DNA from: Octopus sinensis
Lineage: Eukaryota
DNA length: 64,000 bases
Reading direction: 5' to 3'
Assembly: GCF_006345805.1 (NCBI RefSeq)
Contig: NC_042998.1
Location: forward strand, 128,402,001 to 128,466,000
A model generated the notes under the pieces. The model worked only from the letters and a program-made list of their open reading frames with translations. It was not told where the DNA came from and ran no database searches. Shown here piece by piece: positions 1 through 15,567 of the stretch; position 1 is the first letter of the stretch; each line of letters opens with the position of its first letter. The position numbers were made by a program, and so were the translations under genes.

Positions 1-712
1 CTAAAGAAACTAAAATATGTCCAATATTTTGTAATAAGCAATCTACAACTTAAAAACTTAAAATCCATGAGATAAATTATCTTTATAATACAATAGCTAC
101 AGAAAAAAGTGTTCTCTACATTATAACAAGGCTGCAGATATACACATCGCATTCACAAAATAACTATAAAGCAAAGTAAAAATATTAAAATAAGACTATT
201 GAAAATATATAAAGTACAATACATGGATGCAGCCTGCTCCAATCAATATTCATTTTATAATTACATAGCCAACTATTTTCAAACCTGAGCACTTGGGCAG
301 TATTTTAAACCATCCCCCAATTACAAAAAAAAAAGGAAAAAAAAAAACTATCTCTTGTCTGATCCAGTCAATCACAAAATACATGTATATTAAAAAAAAC
401 ATAACATACTATGTCCAAATTATGTGGAGGATCTAACTGAGGGAACTGAAATTATGGCACACTGATCATGTCTAACTTGCTTGTCTCTCCTAACAGCCAT
501 TAACAAAGCCTTTGACTATGAACAAACCAAATAAAATGATTGCTACAACCCCATCATTGCACACCACCCAACCACTGCATGTCAAAATGCTTAGTATGGT
601 CCTAGATAGACTCAAGTATAATGTGCATGTAATTGTTAAATCCATATAGCTCTACTCTAGCAGTCAGTCATCATAACCAGTTTTAATAAGTGTGGAAAGT
701 ATGAGCTAATTA

Positions 713-1126
<414 letters not shown>

Positions 1127-1640
1127 TCAACTTTGTCAAATAACAAGAGACAGATTACAGAATCTGAAAAATAATTACAACACAAACGCAAAACAGTATC
1201 ATATCTTAGGGTGACTACTAATAAAGACTGACCCAGACCTAAGCAGTTCATTTAAGGAAGACTAACAGTTACCCATGTATGCAGGTTTCCTTTCTCCATG
1301 CCATCACCTTAGAGTAGATATAGCATCACACCAGTGGCATCAGAGGTGTTGCTTTCAAAATACCAAGAGATGAAACAAATATCACAAAGCCCCTTGTTCA
1401 ATGTTCTAACAGATCCATCAATCTACCACTTTCAGCTTTTCAACTCCAAAACAATGAAAGAAAAAAGCTGACCTCAGCAGGACTTCATTTCACAGCAACT
1501 GATGGTTGGAGCAAATACTGTAAAGCATTAGGAAAGGCATCCATCCATAGAAACCATGCTAAAGCAGACAGTGGAGCTTGGTGCAGTCCTCTGACCTGCT
1601 AGTTCCTTTTGAAAAATCCAGCATAGAAAATAGACACTTG

Positions 1641-1861
1641 CCCTTTAGCATTCAGATTACTGTCAAAAGTAATGCTTATTTATTCATAATTTTTAAAATT
1701 AATCCTGTATAATCTTGTAGCTTTGAAATTTTGAAGATGTAATTTTTATTTTTAGAATGACATTGCAGTTGCAGGACAGGTGTGATGTTGGATCTGGCCT
1801 GCTTGAACATAAAACAGGCTAAATATTTGGGCTAGATATAGCCTGTTAAAATGATAATGGG
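1641..1861. mobile_element. piggyBac-type MITE, same family, opposite orientation (partial copy also at about 20195-20375)
   Basis: ccctttagcattcagatt ... aatgataatggg|ttaa. Confidence 0.65.
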
Positions 1862-2929
1862 TTAAATGATGATGATGCATCTTCTACCTAATGCATTCAC
1901 CACCTTAATATCACATCAATTCTTTTTAATTATACATATCCAAGAAACAGACATGCACTGGTATTAGCAGGTATAGATCAGTCTAAATGCAATCCAAGAT
2001 GTGACAGTGATGTCTATAGAATATTTTCTAATAATAAAATAAATATTACTTATAATCAAGCAAAAATTAAGAGTTGATGCTGGATTCGTTCACATTATTA
2101 CAGAAGGCACAGTTGAGGCAAAATGGTTAAGAAAGTAGGCTACCATTTGTGAGATTTCAGTTAAAATCTATTGGAACTGTTACATAATATATTTGAGCAC
2201 AACACAATTGTACACAGCTCAGCTCCTCAAGTTGTCAGGAACAGATGGCATGTTTTTTTTTTCTGTTTTATTTTTTGTTTTAATTTGAAATGGCTTTTCT
2301 CTACAATAAAAAGTGAAATAGGCTTTAGTCTTTAGATTGGTGAAATTAATTGTATTCATGTCACTAACAATCTTAAGACATCAGCATGTTAAAATAACAA
2401 TGATATTTAAGACAGTACATTTAACATGAAGTGCTGCTGCTGCTGCATACCCACCATCACACACAACCTGAAAGCAGAACCAACAAGAATACAACAGGAA
2501 AGTGGACTAAAGATGATTACTGGACTTTAGCCAATGATCAAGTATTGAACAGGCTTTCCATATAGATGGAACAAGTTGAACAAGTTACTAAAAACTTAAC
2601 AAACCACATTCAACCTTAGGGCTGCAGCTAATTATAACAGTGTAAAAATGTTGGTTACAGGATATGAAAACTGGTTAGCAGTACCCTACTATCCCAACCA
2701 CCAATGCTTGCTGATGCTATATATAAACGCAGCAACAATACACAAATATGAAATATCGATATGGGAACAAGTATGGCAGTCCACTGCACAACCAAACCAA
2801 ATGGTCCTGGGTTTGATCCCACTGTGCAATACATTAGGCAAGTGTCTTTTATAATAGACTTGGGTTGACAAATACCTTGTGAAAAAAATTTAGTAATTGC
2901 AAACCATGTGGAAGTCTGCTCTGTGTGAG

Positions 2930-2996
<67 letters not shown>
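2930..2996. repeat. (TA)n microsatellite; similar tracts near 6208, 18925, 22757, 29222, 30762, 35888, 42581, 42881, 43128, 46648, 60241
   Basis: Directly visible. Confidence 0.95.
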
Positions 2997-2999
<3 letters not shown>

Positions 3000-3439
3000 G
3001 CACCACAAATACAGGCTCCTGATACAACAGTCCCAATTACTACAAAACTGGTTCTATTTCAAAATTATTAAGCCATGCAATAAAGTGTACATCAATACAA
3101 AAAAAGAAAAAAGTTCCAAGCTGAACTAGGTAGAGAGGACAATGCTTGAGGGCAGTACCCCAGCATACCACAGTCCAAGATATAAACACTGGCAAAAAAT
3201 CTGATAAAGGGCATTCAAACCAAACTATGTGGTATTTATTCCACCCAAATCATACAGACAATTCTTCGTGATATGCAACATTAGTAATCCAATGAAGCAG
3301 TAATTGATCCATTGAAAATCTATAACAAATGTTATTCACAACATGGTTGAACTACCTATTTTAGTAATAATATACAAAATTATGTAAATTTCAAACTGTC
3401 CTTTGATAGGATGGGGGATGAGGTAAAATTCAATCTTCA

Positions 3440-3709
<270 letters not shown>

Positions 3710-4431
3710 TTAGGGGAAAACAAATAAAAAGGGTAAAATGATTTCCCTAATACATTATGAAATTTTAAAACCTTGCATATCTGATATCTAAATGAAAAAT
3801 ACTATTATTACAGTATTTACCAAAAGTTAATAAGTACCTAGTTATACATAACCAAATACAATTGACACATCCATGTAGTTATTACCTAGTTACTTATACA
3901 CTAAAACACAAAATGGTAATAAAACCACGGCATCAGAACAGGTTACGTTTTGAGAAACACATTCTTGAAACAGTAGCATATATAGTCAAGTCCAAAAAAT
4001 TATTAATCATATATAGGCTCAACCTGTTTAAAATAGCAACCACTCATATCAGACTCATACCGTATCCTATTGTTCTACTATAGGAGGGACACACTGGAAT
4101 AATATAGTCCTATGTGCACTGTTCTGAGAAAATGACAGGATGATCTTTGCTGGAATGCTTTTGACCATATATCTGCTCAAACAATTCTGTTCTAAGGCTA
4201 GACAACAATATAATTCAACCTATCTCAAAATCTTTCGATTTTGAATTAGTTTACAAATCCATTTCTTTTTACTTTGGTGTCCCTTAGCTTTAGTGATTTA
4301 ATTTGTAAATAAACATATAACATTAGTTATGTAAAGTAAATGAAATTATAAATATCAGGAGACAAGTGTACCCAAAACATACAATTTCTTTGGATAAAAA
4401 TCATAACCCAACATTTTCATCTTTATTTTTA

Positions 4432-5500
4432 TCTCTATATATATAAATGGCAAAATGTCTGTCTGTGTGTGTGCCCTTTATACAAATCCACAATTTTTCG
4501 CACTTTCTATGGTCATTCAAAACTGTCCAAGGGTGGTCGTGCATATCTTTACATTTTCCCAGTCACCCCGCAAAGCCATTAAAAAAATCAATAGAATTGA
4601 CTTTTTTGTGAATTTTCTATCCAAAACCCAATCAAAATGACCCAAACTTGATACACCAATTGAATGCCAGCTAGCTGTATGTGATTGGTCAGAGATTTGG
4701 ACAGTACTCGCGTGTATGTGCGCTCGCACGCAGCTGTATATGCATTACCGGGTCATAGTGCTCGTTTTAGATAAATCTGCTGATCAAATACCTTCTATGC
4801 ATCCCAATTTTGCATTATCTGAATGCTTACAAATTTATCTTCACAACATCTACTCGTGTCTCTCAACTGCAAACCCAATGCATGCTTTCTCTGCATGTAA
4901 CTGACCAGCTGATGCTTAAATTGAACATCAACCCACACTGACATCATCAGCTTCAAAGAGACAGGACAGGTAATGGGGCACTGTTCCTCTTCATTTGTTT
5001 TAAAAATATTTCAAAAATAACCATAGATACCTAATAAATTACCAAGCGCACAGCAGCTGGCTTTATCCATTCGAATCACATGCAAAAACCAGTACAGTCA
5101 CATATGTACACACGAGCAAAACGCCCCCACCCCCAGTCCTATGGACGGTGCTGAGTTGTCAAACATTTGAACCAAATTTTCTCAAAACAACTTGTCCGAC
5201 CATCCCATAGGCCTCCCCTTTGAAAAACACCAATTTAACCAAAATTTGAGGCACAGTGCATTTTTCTCGCGCATATGTAGTATCAATCGCAACAGCTGAT
5301 GTACTTGCATGTACAAATGCACGTTCCCACAGCTTTATCGATCGCATTCTCACCTGGAATCGATTTTTGTAATTTTTTCAAGACTTATACACACCCTGAT
5401 ACCGTCGGTATCTACATATCAAATTTGAGCGCAATCGGATGGAGGATGCCCGAGATCCTAGAAGACACACACACAGACAGAATGGATTTTATATAATAGA
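4432..5500. mobile_element. Two Helitron-like 5' ends in inverted orientation
   Basis: atctctatatatataaatggcaaaatgtctgtctgtgtgt on plus at 4431 and atctattatataaaatccattctgtctgtgtgt on minus at 5501; no CTAG 3' ends found. Confidence 0.4.
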
Positions 5501-6206
5501 TTAGTCAATACTGCTGATGCCCTATTACTTTCTCTCATTTCCATAATAATACCTACCTTGTCCTTCTCCAGTTGCTTTAGAACCTATGCATTTACAGTCC
5601 ATCTCATTTCCATACTACATCATGAATATTTTAAAAGATAAATGTTTACTTATCCCACACACCATCACAATTAGAGTGAACTACTTCACTTTTTATAAGA
5701 TAACCATCAACAAATGATTTATTCTATTGATTTCAGGAAAGGATGGAAAATAGATGTTATAGCTTTTAGTGTCTTTTCGGCTTGTTTTAAAAAGTCTACT
5801 CTTAAGGATTTTTTTTTTTTATATATATAAAAGCAGATCATAAATTTTTGATTCATACTAATTCTCACTCAAACCATGGTACTACTATTACTATCCTCAC
5901 TGCCATTCTAATTATATCAACAGGACAATAAAGCTTGTCAACTACTACCAGAAAGACAAACATGAAGTACTTAATAGCATCCAGTTCATCACATCTCATA
6001 TTTCTAGCTATTTTAATGCAGCCAGTACATTTACATTTGCAATTTTATCAGTACAGTAATCATAAGACACATTTTCTTTACCTACTGTTTGCATTCAAAC
6101 ACTTATTTAGTTCCTACCTCATCAAAACAAAATTGATAATACAGAAAATCATTTTAAATGCATTAACAGTCAGTCAGTTGTGTTTAATAATAAATGTTGC
6201 AAAATA

Positions 6207-6242
<36 letters not shown>

Positions 6243-6351
6243 CACTTAGTCCGGTCAAAAAACTGCAAATGTTTACATTATAAAGTACCAGCAGAGGAAT
6301 AATCACTGAATAATACAGTTCAATAAGGCTCGTCTCTTTATGGACCGAGTG
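6243..6351. mobile_element. Small Tc1/mariner-type MITE
   Basis: ta|cacttagtcc ... ggaccgagtg|ta. Confidence 0.45.
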
Positions 6352-7960
6352 TAACCCAATAAATCAATTCTAAATGAAGAATACCATTCAGTAATGTGAA
6401 ATCAATACAAATAGTTTGCTGTATACATTACAAACATCAAATCTGCTCTCAACATTACCAAAATGAAAATAACTGTGTGAGCTAACAAAACAAGTATCTG
6501 CATAATTGAACCGCATATATTTATTGTAGCGACCAAATCTCCAAAAGAATTTCCTGTTCTTAAAATAGGAAGATTTCTAAAGGTCCTAAATATGGCAGCT
6601 TGTTCCAAAATAATGTCTGAAAATCCAAATTTATAATACTTATAAAATATCCATTATATAATGCAAAATGAGTGCTAGACACATGTTAATCCCAGGCATA
6701 TGACTGATAGCCTCTATGCCCTTAAAAATGATTTCAGATTAACAAAACACACTTTCACAACTGACTCACTAAAGTACACACTGTAACTACACTACAGTAA
6801 TGCACCTTTAAACAATATTAAAAGACACTTCAATACACTCACCATCTGGTTTTTAAATAGTATAACATAACAGAATAAATAAACACTAATACACACAAAT
6901 CTCACCAAACCAACCACAACCCATTTAACAGGCATCATCTTCTGCAACTACGCATCTAACTATCACAACTACATTGTAAAGAATTCCCCAATTTATCATT
7001 TTGCTTGGACCAACTACAAAATGTCATTACAACACACATCACTGAAGAAAGCACACATATTTTTATACACTCTAGAAAAGCAGAGCAAAATATATTCCAT
7101 CACGAAGTAGAATTAAAGTTTTCAGAACTTAGCAAACAATCAGCAAGAGAGACACTGCTTTATATAAGTCCAACAAAGTAATTATAGACAGCAAAAAGAA
7201 AACATCTCCCACAAGGTAAAATAAAACAAAAAAATATATACCAGAAAAAAACACAGGTAACCTCAAATACAACAGATCAAAACCACAGAGAACTAAAATA
7301 AAATTCAACATCAAACAAAGGAAATAAAAAAAAAATTCACCACAGTAAATTAGAAACCTGGTTAACATTTGTATCCAGCATAAACAACAAATTAACATTA
7401 AAAAAACATCATAGCAATTAATATAATCAAAAAGTCACATCAGATCAATGTCTCAATAAACTCAAACTGCAACATCTAGCAAATGCTTGAAAATAAGCCA
7501 ATGAAAATAACACAAAAGGACGGGGATATAGAAACTAAAAATATGCATCGTTCTCCAGGATCTTGATTCCTTCCTTCCATCAAACCAAAAAGTAATAGAG
7601 AAATATGAAACTAAAAAATTTCAGTCATCATCATGGTTTTAACATCCACTTTTCCATGCTTGCACAAGTCAAAATTTCCTGAGGTAAATTTTCTATCGTC
7701 AGATACCATCCCTCACCTGTTTCCAAGTAAGATATATTCCCCCAGTTCTGGACATAATTTCAAAGAAAATTGGAAACAAAGGACACTGCTTTAAGAAAGT
7801 GATGTTTTTTTATACCTAGCACATAATGTCAAGACAAGGGAAGACATGCATACACACAAATATGCTGCTTTCAATTTCCATGACCAAATCAACTAACAAT
7901 GACATCCCTTGATACTAAATTCATTAAGAGATTTTAACTGCTATACAAATTGGCATTTTA

Positions 7961-8245
<285 letters not shown>

Positions 8246-9399
8246 CTAGAAATCGAAGCAAATTCAGAATTTAGAAAATAGAGAAAAATGTATACTATCA
8301 TACAAGAGATTTTAAGTATTTAAAAGATATTTTTTGAAAAGTTGACAAGTCACACGACAAAATACATCAATCAATTGGGAAGAAAAGAACAAGTGTAAAA
8401 CCATGACCAAGCTTATATCTACTGGCATTGCCTTGTTACTCCAACTTAACTGAAAAACTAATCGAATGGTTGCTACCTTTTTATAACAATTCAAGTCAAT
8501 GATAACTGATGGCGAAAGAAAAAGTGTTGAGAAAATTCCACATTTTTTTCTTCTCTCTTTGTCTCTTTCTCATTTTTATTTGTGCATTTTTTTTCTAAAT
8601 GGTTCAGTTAGGAGGGAAGGGCTGTATGCCATTCCATGACTCCTGAACAGCCACAAGATAATTAACTGATTTATGGAGAGCTGTATTCAAAAGACAGACA
8701 TATTTTCTTACTAGTTTCCATCAGGTGACTGTAAGTATGATAGGAAACCACTTTGGCAAAATGGATCTTGGTGTAATTCTAACTCAGAGCATAAAATACA
8801 TAACCAAATATCACAAGCTAGTTTCCATTCACCAGCTACATTTTTAATACTTTTTTTCACCCCTATGCTGGCATGGATTGTTTAGGGAAGACATATGACA
8901 GTAATTAAATAACGACATTAATAAAAAAATTCACAACACAGAACTTTTTCCTTATATTTGTACACAGAATGAAAGATACGTTTTCCATGCTAGGATGGGT
9001 TGAACAGTTTGATTGGAGACTGGCAAGCTAGGAGGCTGCACCAGACCTCAATCTGATCTGGCAATGTTTCTACAGCTGGATGCCTTTCCTAACGCCAACC
9101 ACTATAGTGAGTGCTTTATATGTGCCACTGGCATAGGTCACGTTCAGATGGTGCTTTTTATGAGGAGACAATCGGGCAGCCCTGGCAGTGACCCACACAT
9201 GAATGAATTGTGCTTATCACATGCCAACAGCACTGGTAACAGCCACAACTACAATTTCCATTTGATTCTGATTTGATTTGATTTACTTGACTCAATAGGT
9301 CTCCTCAAGCACAGAATGTCGTCTGACGATTCAAAGGTACTTTTTAAATGGGCTGGTTATGCGATACTGGTGTAGGCAGAGATAATTGTAGCTATACTA

Positions 9400-9545
9400 T
9401 TCTGCAGGACTAGCCTGAGCTTAAGCACTCTATCGCATACCCTGACTACCTCTATGACCTTATCCACCCATTTCTCCACAAGGAGTATACCTACACCCGC
9501 TACTCCATCACTGTTACCTTCTCAGAAGATTTTATACCTATGTGC
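9400..9545 (-). mobile_element. RTE LINE endonuclease fragment
   Basis: GNSDGVAGVGILLVEKWVDKVIEVVRVCDRVLKLRLVLQNSIATIISAY on the minus strand. Confidence 0.8.
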
Positions 9546-9578
9546 CTTATATTTACAACACTAACAAACCAATTATTA

Positions 9579-9767
<189 letters not shown>

Positions 9768-11260
9768 CTAGAAAAAATGAATTAATCATGACAGTAATAC
9801 TTTATAAAGGAAATCATCCAAGTTATTTAGTGACAACACACTGCCACTAAATGGTACAGCACTTATACACTTAGAATTAACTCTTAAATCCCTGTAATGC
9901 TTCCTAGGAATAAATCTCCCAAACATATTAGAATCTAAATATATTTAAAAGATGCAGTTAGTCCACTATAAAAATCCTTAAAACAAAAATATTGCATGAA
10001 CTTGAATGAAACCTATGGTGAAACAATGTAATGGTTGTTGAACATAGGTTTTACCTATTGTTGTTGGTTTTTACCTCTAGTACAGGTAAGTTCGATACAA
10101 ATAAGTCGATTATACATTGGTGTGGTTTTCATATATATTTACAACATATTGATTCCTTGGCATCAATTTCCTGTATCAGAGCTAAATTTATGTTCAGATA
10201 GTCTCTGTAACTTGAAAACTGTACAACTCCTATCAGAAAAAGCATATTTTCCATTGATTTGAGAGTGTTGCTCTGTTTAGATGCATATCTTGTGATTTCA
10301 TCACTCATCCTGACAAAAAAATTTTTCAGAAAATAGTTGAGGACTAACAATTCACCACTTGAGGCATTAAGCACCATGATGCTTGAAAATCAAAATGAGA
10401 AAAAATTCTAAGTAATCCACAAAAAAATACACATTGTGTAAACAATAAGTCTTTGACAGGACGTTCTTTCTAGAATATGTCTAAACTTTGTTTCACATAC
10501 TGAAACAAAAAGTATTTGAACTGAAGTTACATGTAGTTCAGAACTTGATATCACAGTTGCAGTCGGTAGTGGTAGAGAACTTGAAGAATTAAGGTAATGC
10601 AAGAGAAAGCTTCTCAACAAAATGCTCATTACAAAACAGCATTGAAATCTTTCCTCAAACTCATAAGTTGTTTTATGTGAGAGCACTATATTAAAGCCAT
10701 AATCAATAAAACATGGAACTCTCAATGCATAAGCAAAATACAGTAAAAAGCTAACTACAACATGCTAGAATTTAGTGATGATGATATAATGAAAATGTTA
10801 TTTTAGACTTGCGAGGATTAATAAAAATAAATTCTAATTATCTTCTACTTCTATGCAAAACTTATCATGGACAACTGAGTAAATGAAGATAGTTGAAAAC
10901 CAGAGCACTTGTAATATGTTGATATAACTATTTGAAATCCTAACAATACCCAATATATTTAGTTTGTGGTTTACTTCAATTCTTAGTAAGTCAAAGCATT
11001 CCCACCACTAGTTTGTGCATTGACTCTAAATAGGTGCAGTGGAAGAAAAACAATTCACTGCTACATGATTAATACATAACTGATGAGTATTTCAAAAGCA
11101 AATCAAGGGTGAGCATGTATCTTTTTTTCTATGCTGACATTGGTTTGATGAAAATTTATAATGCAATTTAAGAAAAAATTTTTTTTTGTTTTTTTAACGA
11201 CTAAAAATTAGCTGTCTCTCCTAACAAAATATAATAATAAACTACAAATAATAAGGATTA

Positions 11261-11581
<321 letters not shown>

Positions 11582-11918
11582 TTACAGGTTGGGTGCTTTT
11601 ATAAATATGGATTATCGCACATCTTTGTTTCATCTGTACAATTATAGAAATTGTACAATCATAGAAATAACCTCAACCACTCAAAATGTACATCAAATAC
11701 AGATGGCTGAGTTGAGAGGGTATCCAAAGGTGGGTAAAAAAACTGACAGGTCATATCCTATCACCAACACCATTGTCAGTAGCAGACTGGTTGTAAATAG
11801 AGAACAGAAAGCTACTAACACTTTTCAAGTAATGGCAGTAAAGGTAGCTTTTAAGTAATTAAAAGTGGCTAATTTTTTTAAATTTCCAATTCATTCACTT
11901 ATGTTGTATATACACTTA

Positions 11919-12155
<237 letters not shown>

Positions 12156-13107
12156 CTATTCAAAATAGAAAGAAAATGCTAAACATCAAATCATTAAACC
12201 CACAACAATTCAATAATTTAAATGCAAAAGAAGGAAACATTTTCCATTTCTTTCCAACAAACTTGAAGGTATTTATGTAGATGGAAATTCCAAAGCTATT
12301 TTGAAAACTGTTAGATGGTTGAAATCATCATCATTAACATCCGTTGTCCATTCTGGTATGAGTGGGATGGTTTGACCAGAGCTGGCAAGCTAGAGAGATG
12401 CACCAGGCTCCAGTCTGATTTGGCATGGTTTCTACAAGATGCACCTCCTAATACCAAATACATAATTTCTTTTACATTTGTATTTTACTTGAAACATTTG
12501 GTTCCTTAGATGGTGTAAAAGTTTACATTAATAGTAATGAATGTACAGCTTTGGGAAACAATAACTCTGAAAGTTATATTCTTTGCTGCACACTTGTCAC
12601 TTCTACCAAGAGAGTTTTTATCTATTATTTTCACTTTACATCAAGAAGTAAACAATCTTAACTAGTAATAATATAACTAGGTTTATTATTAATCTGTCAC
12701 TATACAATACAACTACATTAGTAAAGCTTTAATAAATCTTAAAATGTATTCCATCCTTATTTTCTTTTCATATCAGAGGAATGTTCATAAGGCAAGACTT
12801 GAACCTACAGTTCTAGTATTAAGTCAGTGCTAGTTTTTTTTTTCTTTATTTTTTGCAAGATTTATATTCTTGACATTAAAACTTGGATAATGGTTTCCAA
12901 TTTCGGCATAAGATCAATAATTTTGAGAGGAAAAGGTTAGTCAATATCATCAACTCCACTACTTGACTGGTACTTTATTTTACTGACCACAGAGGAATGA
13001 AAAGAAAAGTTAACCCCAGTGGAATCTGAGCTGAGAACAAGAGTTGGAAGAAATTCGAGGCAATTTGTACAATGTTTTAAAAACCCTCTCAGATACCATC
13101 ACATTTA

Positions 13108-13326
<219 letters not shown>

Positions 13327-14118
13327 TTATAATTTTCACTAATTTTATCAAATATACAGTTCACTATCATGTCAGAAAACATTTCAGTTCTTCTGAAAGA
13401 CTTCACACCCTTCAAATCACCCAAATGGCAATTTCTACGTATCTCAACACCCTTTATTCATAGAAACTCAAACGTCTTACACTGAAATATCCTTCCTCAC
13501 ATTTTTTGACGATCTCTTCATTATTCAACAAATGTTTTTAATTTATTTATTTCCACCTACACTTTCCATGCCCCAACAACCCCAATTTGATATTTTATCT
13601 GAGTCAATCTTCCACATAACTTCTATTCTGAATAAACCAGTTGTGATGACAGTAGTAGTTTAACAAAAGATGTAATTAAAAGTTAATCTTCTTTAAGCAG
13701 TACCAAAATTTTGGTTTTCTAATAATTGCTTCTAAAAATCGAACACTAAATTCATTTTCTTTGTGTCAAACATATACTTAACCCTTTTAACTGTGGAAAT
13801 CATATATCCACTCAAAATTTCATTACACTTAACTGTGAAAAACAATTTTTGTTGAGGAATGTTGCAATCAAAATTACTTATCATTGAAGATTATTATGTT
13901 GAAACTACTTTCTGTTGAGATATGTCAAGTTTATTGAGGCAATGAACTTGCAGAAAATACATTTCTATATTTTTTAGTAGATAGCTGGAATAATCATGAA
14001 ATTTAATTTCACAGTTAAAGAGTTGAACCTTTACAATTGTTCTTGATAAATCTTTACTGCCTCTCATTATTACACATTGAATGTAAAGCACAAAGATATC
14101 AAAGAGTTAAAACATTAC

Positions 14119-14246
14119 CTGTAAATGGATTTAGCTGTATCTGTGGTTTGGGGATATTGAACTGTTCGAAGATCGAAATCTTCTTTTCGGGTTTCCTGCC
14201 TTCCTTCATGTGGTCTTTGTCACTTTCTCTATGTCTATCTTCATCC
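14119..14246 (-). CDS. DHX15: DHX15 exon 2 (DEDRHRESDKDHMKEGRKPEKKISIFEQFNIPKPQIQLNPFTG)
   Basis: tttttcag acceptor, gtaatg donor; 128 nt, phase 2 to 1; ends in the conserved NPFT. Confidence 0.9.
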
Positions 14247-14313
14247 CTGAAAAAAGTTTTTAAATCGTTTAGCTAATTACTATTTATTGAACCAAGAATT
14301 CCTCAGTTATATA

Positions 14314-15567
14314 TCAGGTTGGTGCCAAGGTAATGGCCGTTTTTTTTAGAAAACAGTTTTAGATAGTATTTTTTTAAATTGTGCCTCTTACAATGTTTTA
14401 AGAAAGTCACAATGAGTAATTTATACTTTTTTTTTTTCAGATTCTGATTGAATTGGCCATAATCTTCTGCTATATTCACACCCATGTTTGTCCCATCTAA
14501 AGATCACATTAGACGTCTTACTCTGTGAGTTTCATAAAGGTATCAATGAAAACACAGCAGCAAAGTCTCTTCAGAGAGATTATAGGGATGATGTAGTGAG
14601 AGAAAGAAGTTGCAAGAGATGGTTTTCTCAATTCAGAAGAGGGGGATTTGAATTTGAAAGACAAGCCAAAAGAAGGTCATTCAAAACAACTTGATTCCAA
14701 AGAGTTGGAAGCTGTTGTCATAGAAAATCCAACTGCTACTTGTAGAGAACTTACAAAACAGTTTAACATAGCCCATACAACTGTTCTATGCCAACTGAAA
14801 AGGATTGGAAAGGTTTCAGTGATTGGAAAATGAGTCCTGCACAAACTGTCTCCAGAGAATCTGCAACAGCATGTTATTTGTCAGTCACTGCTTCCACAAC
14901 ACCTTAAGGAACCATTTTTAGGAAGGCTTGTTGTACAGGTGATGAGAAGTGAATCCTATACCATAATGTTAAATGCCGCCAATTGTGGATCAGTAGAGGA
15001 GGAAGACCTGTTCAACAACCAAGAAGAGGACTTCGTCCAAGGAAGACCATATTGAGTGTATGGTGGGATATTGAAGGAATTATCCATTATGAACTGTTAG
15101 ACAGCAATCAAACAATTACTGCTAATCTCTACTGTGATCAACTTCATTTGAAAGCAGCTTTGAACAGAAAGCGATCCTGCTTAGTCAACAGAAAGGATGT
15201 CATCTTCCACTATGATAATGTTCGTCCTCACATAGCTCAACTGACTAAAGATCCCTCGGAAGAGCTTGGTTGGGAAATATTGCTTCATCCTCCATATTCT
15301 CCAGACCTTGCTCCTTCTAATTATCACTTGTTTCGGGGACCACAGAACCATTTGAATGGTCTTAGGTTGACATCAAGAAAAGAAGTTGAAAATGAACTGG
15401 ATTCATATTTCGCATCAAAACCTAAACAATTTTACAAGCATGGCATTTATGGAACGAAGTTCTGGAAAGCAATGGAAATTATGTTAACAAATGAATATTG
15501 TCTTAATCAGGCTTTTACATTTTTAATAGAGACCTTAAAATCAGCCATCACCTTTGCACCAAACTGA
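14314..15567 (+). mobile_element. Full-length (1254 bp) inactive mariner transposon in DHX15 intron 1
   Basis: ~30-bp TIRs (tcaggttggtgccaaggtaatggc / gccatcacctttgcaccaaactga) flanked by TA; transposase fragments TGDEK*ILY, FHYDNVRPH, YSPDLAPSNY; frameshifts and stops. Confidence 0.93.

Noticed and set aside
10233-10304. C/D snoRNA-like motif on minus in DHX15 intron 5 (GTGATGA ... CTGA, 72 nt apart)
   Set aside because: No terminal stem, no clear C'/D' boxes, and only a 9-nt complement to a remembered 28S segment that stops short of the D box; such motifs are common by chance in AT-rich DNA.
10129-10725. Two minus-strand ORFs (82 and 105 aa) in DHX15 intron 5
   Set aside because: No recognisable domain or splice support; consistent with chance ORFs.
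14119-14246. Short DHX15 N-terminal extension compared with human
   Set aside because: Invertebrate DHX15 proteins are generally short here; phases join exon 1 to exon 2 without a missing exon.
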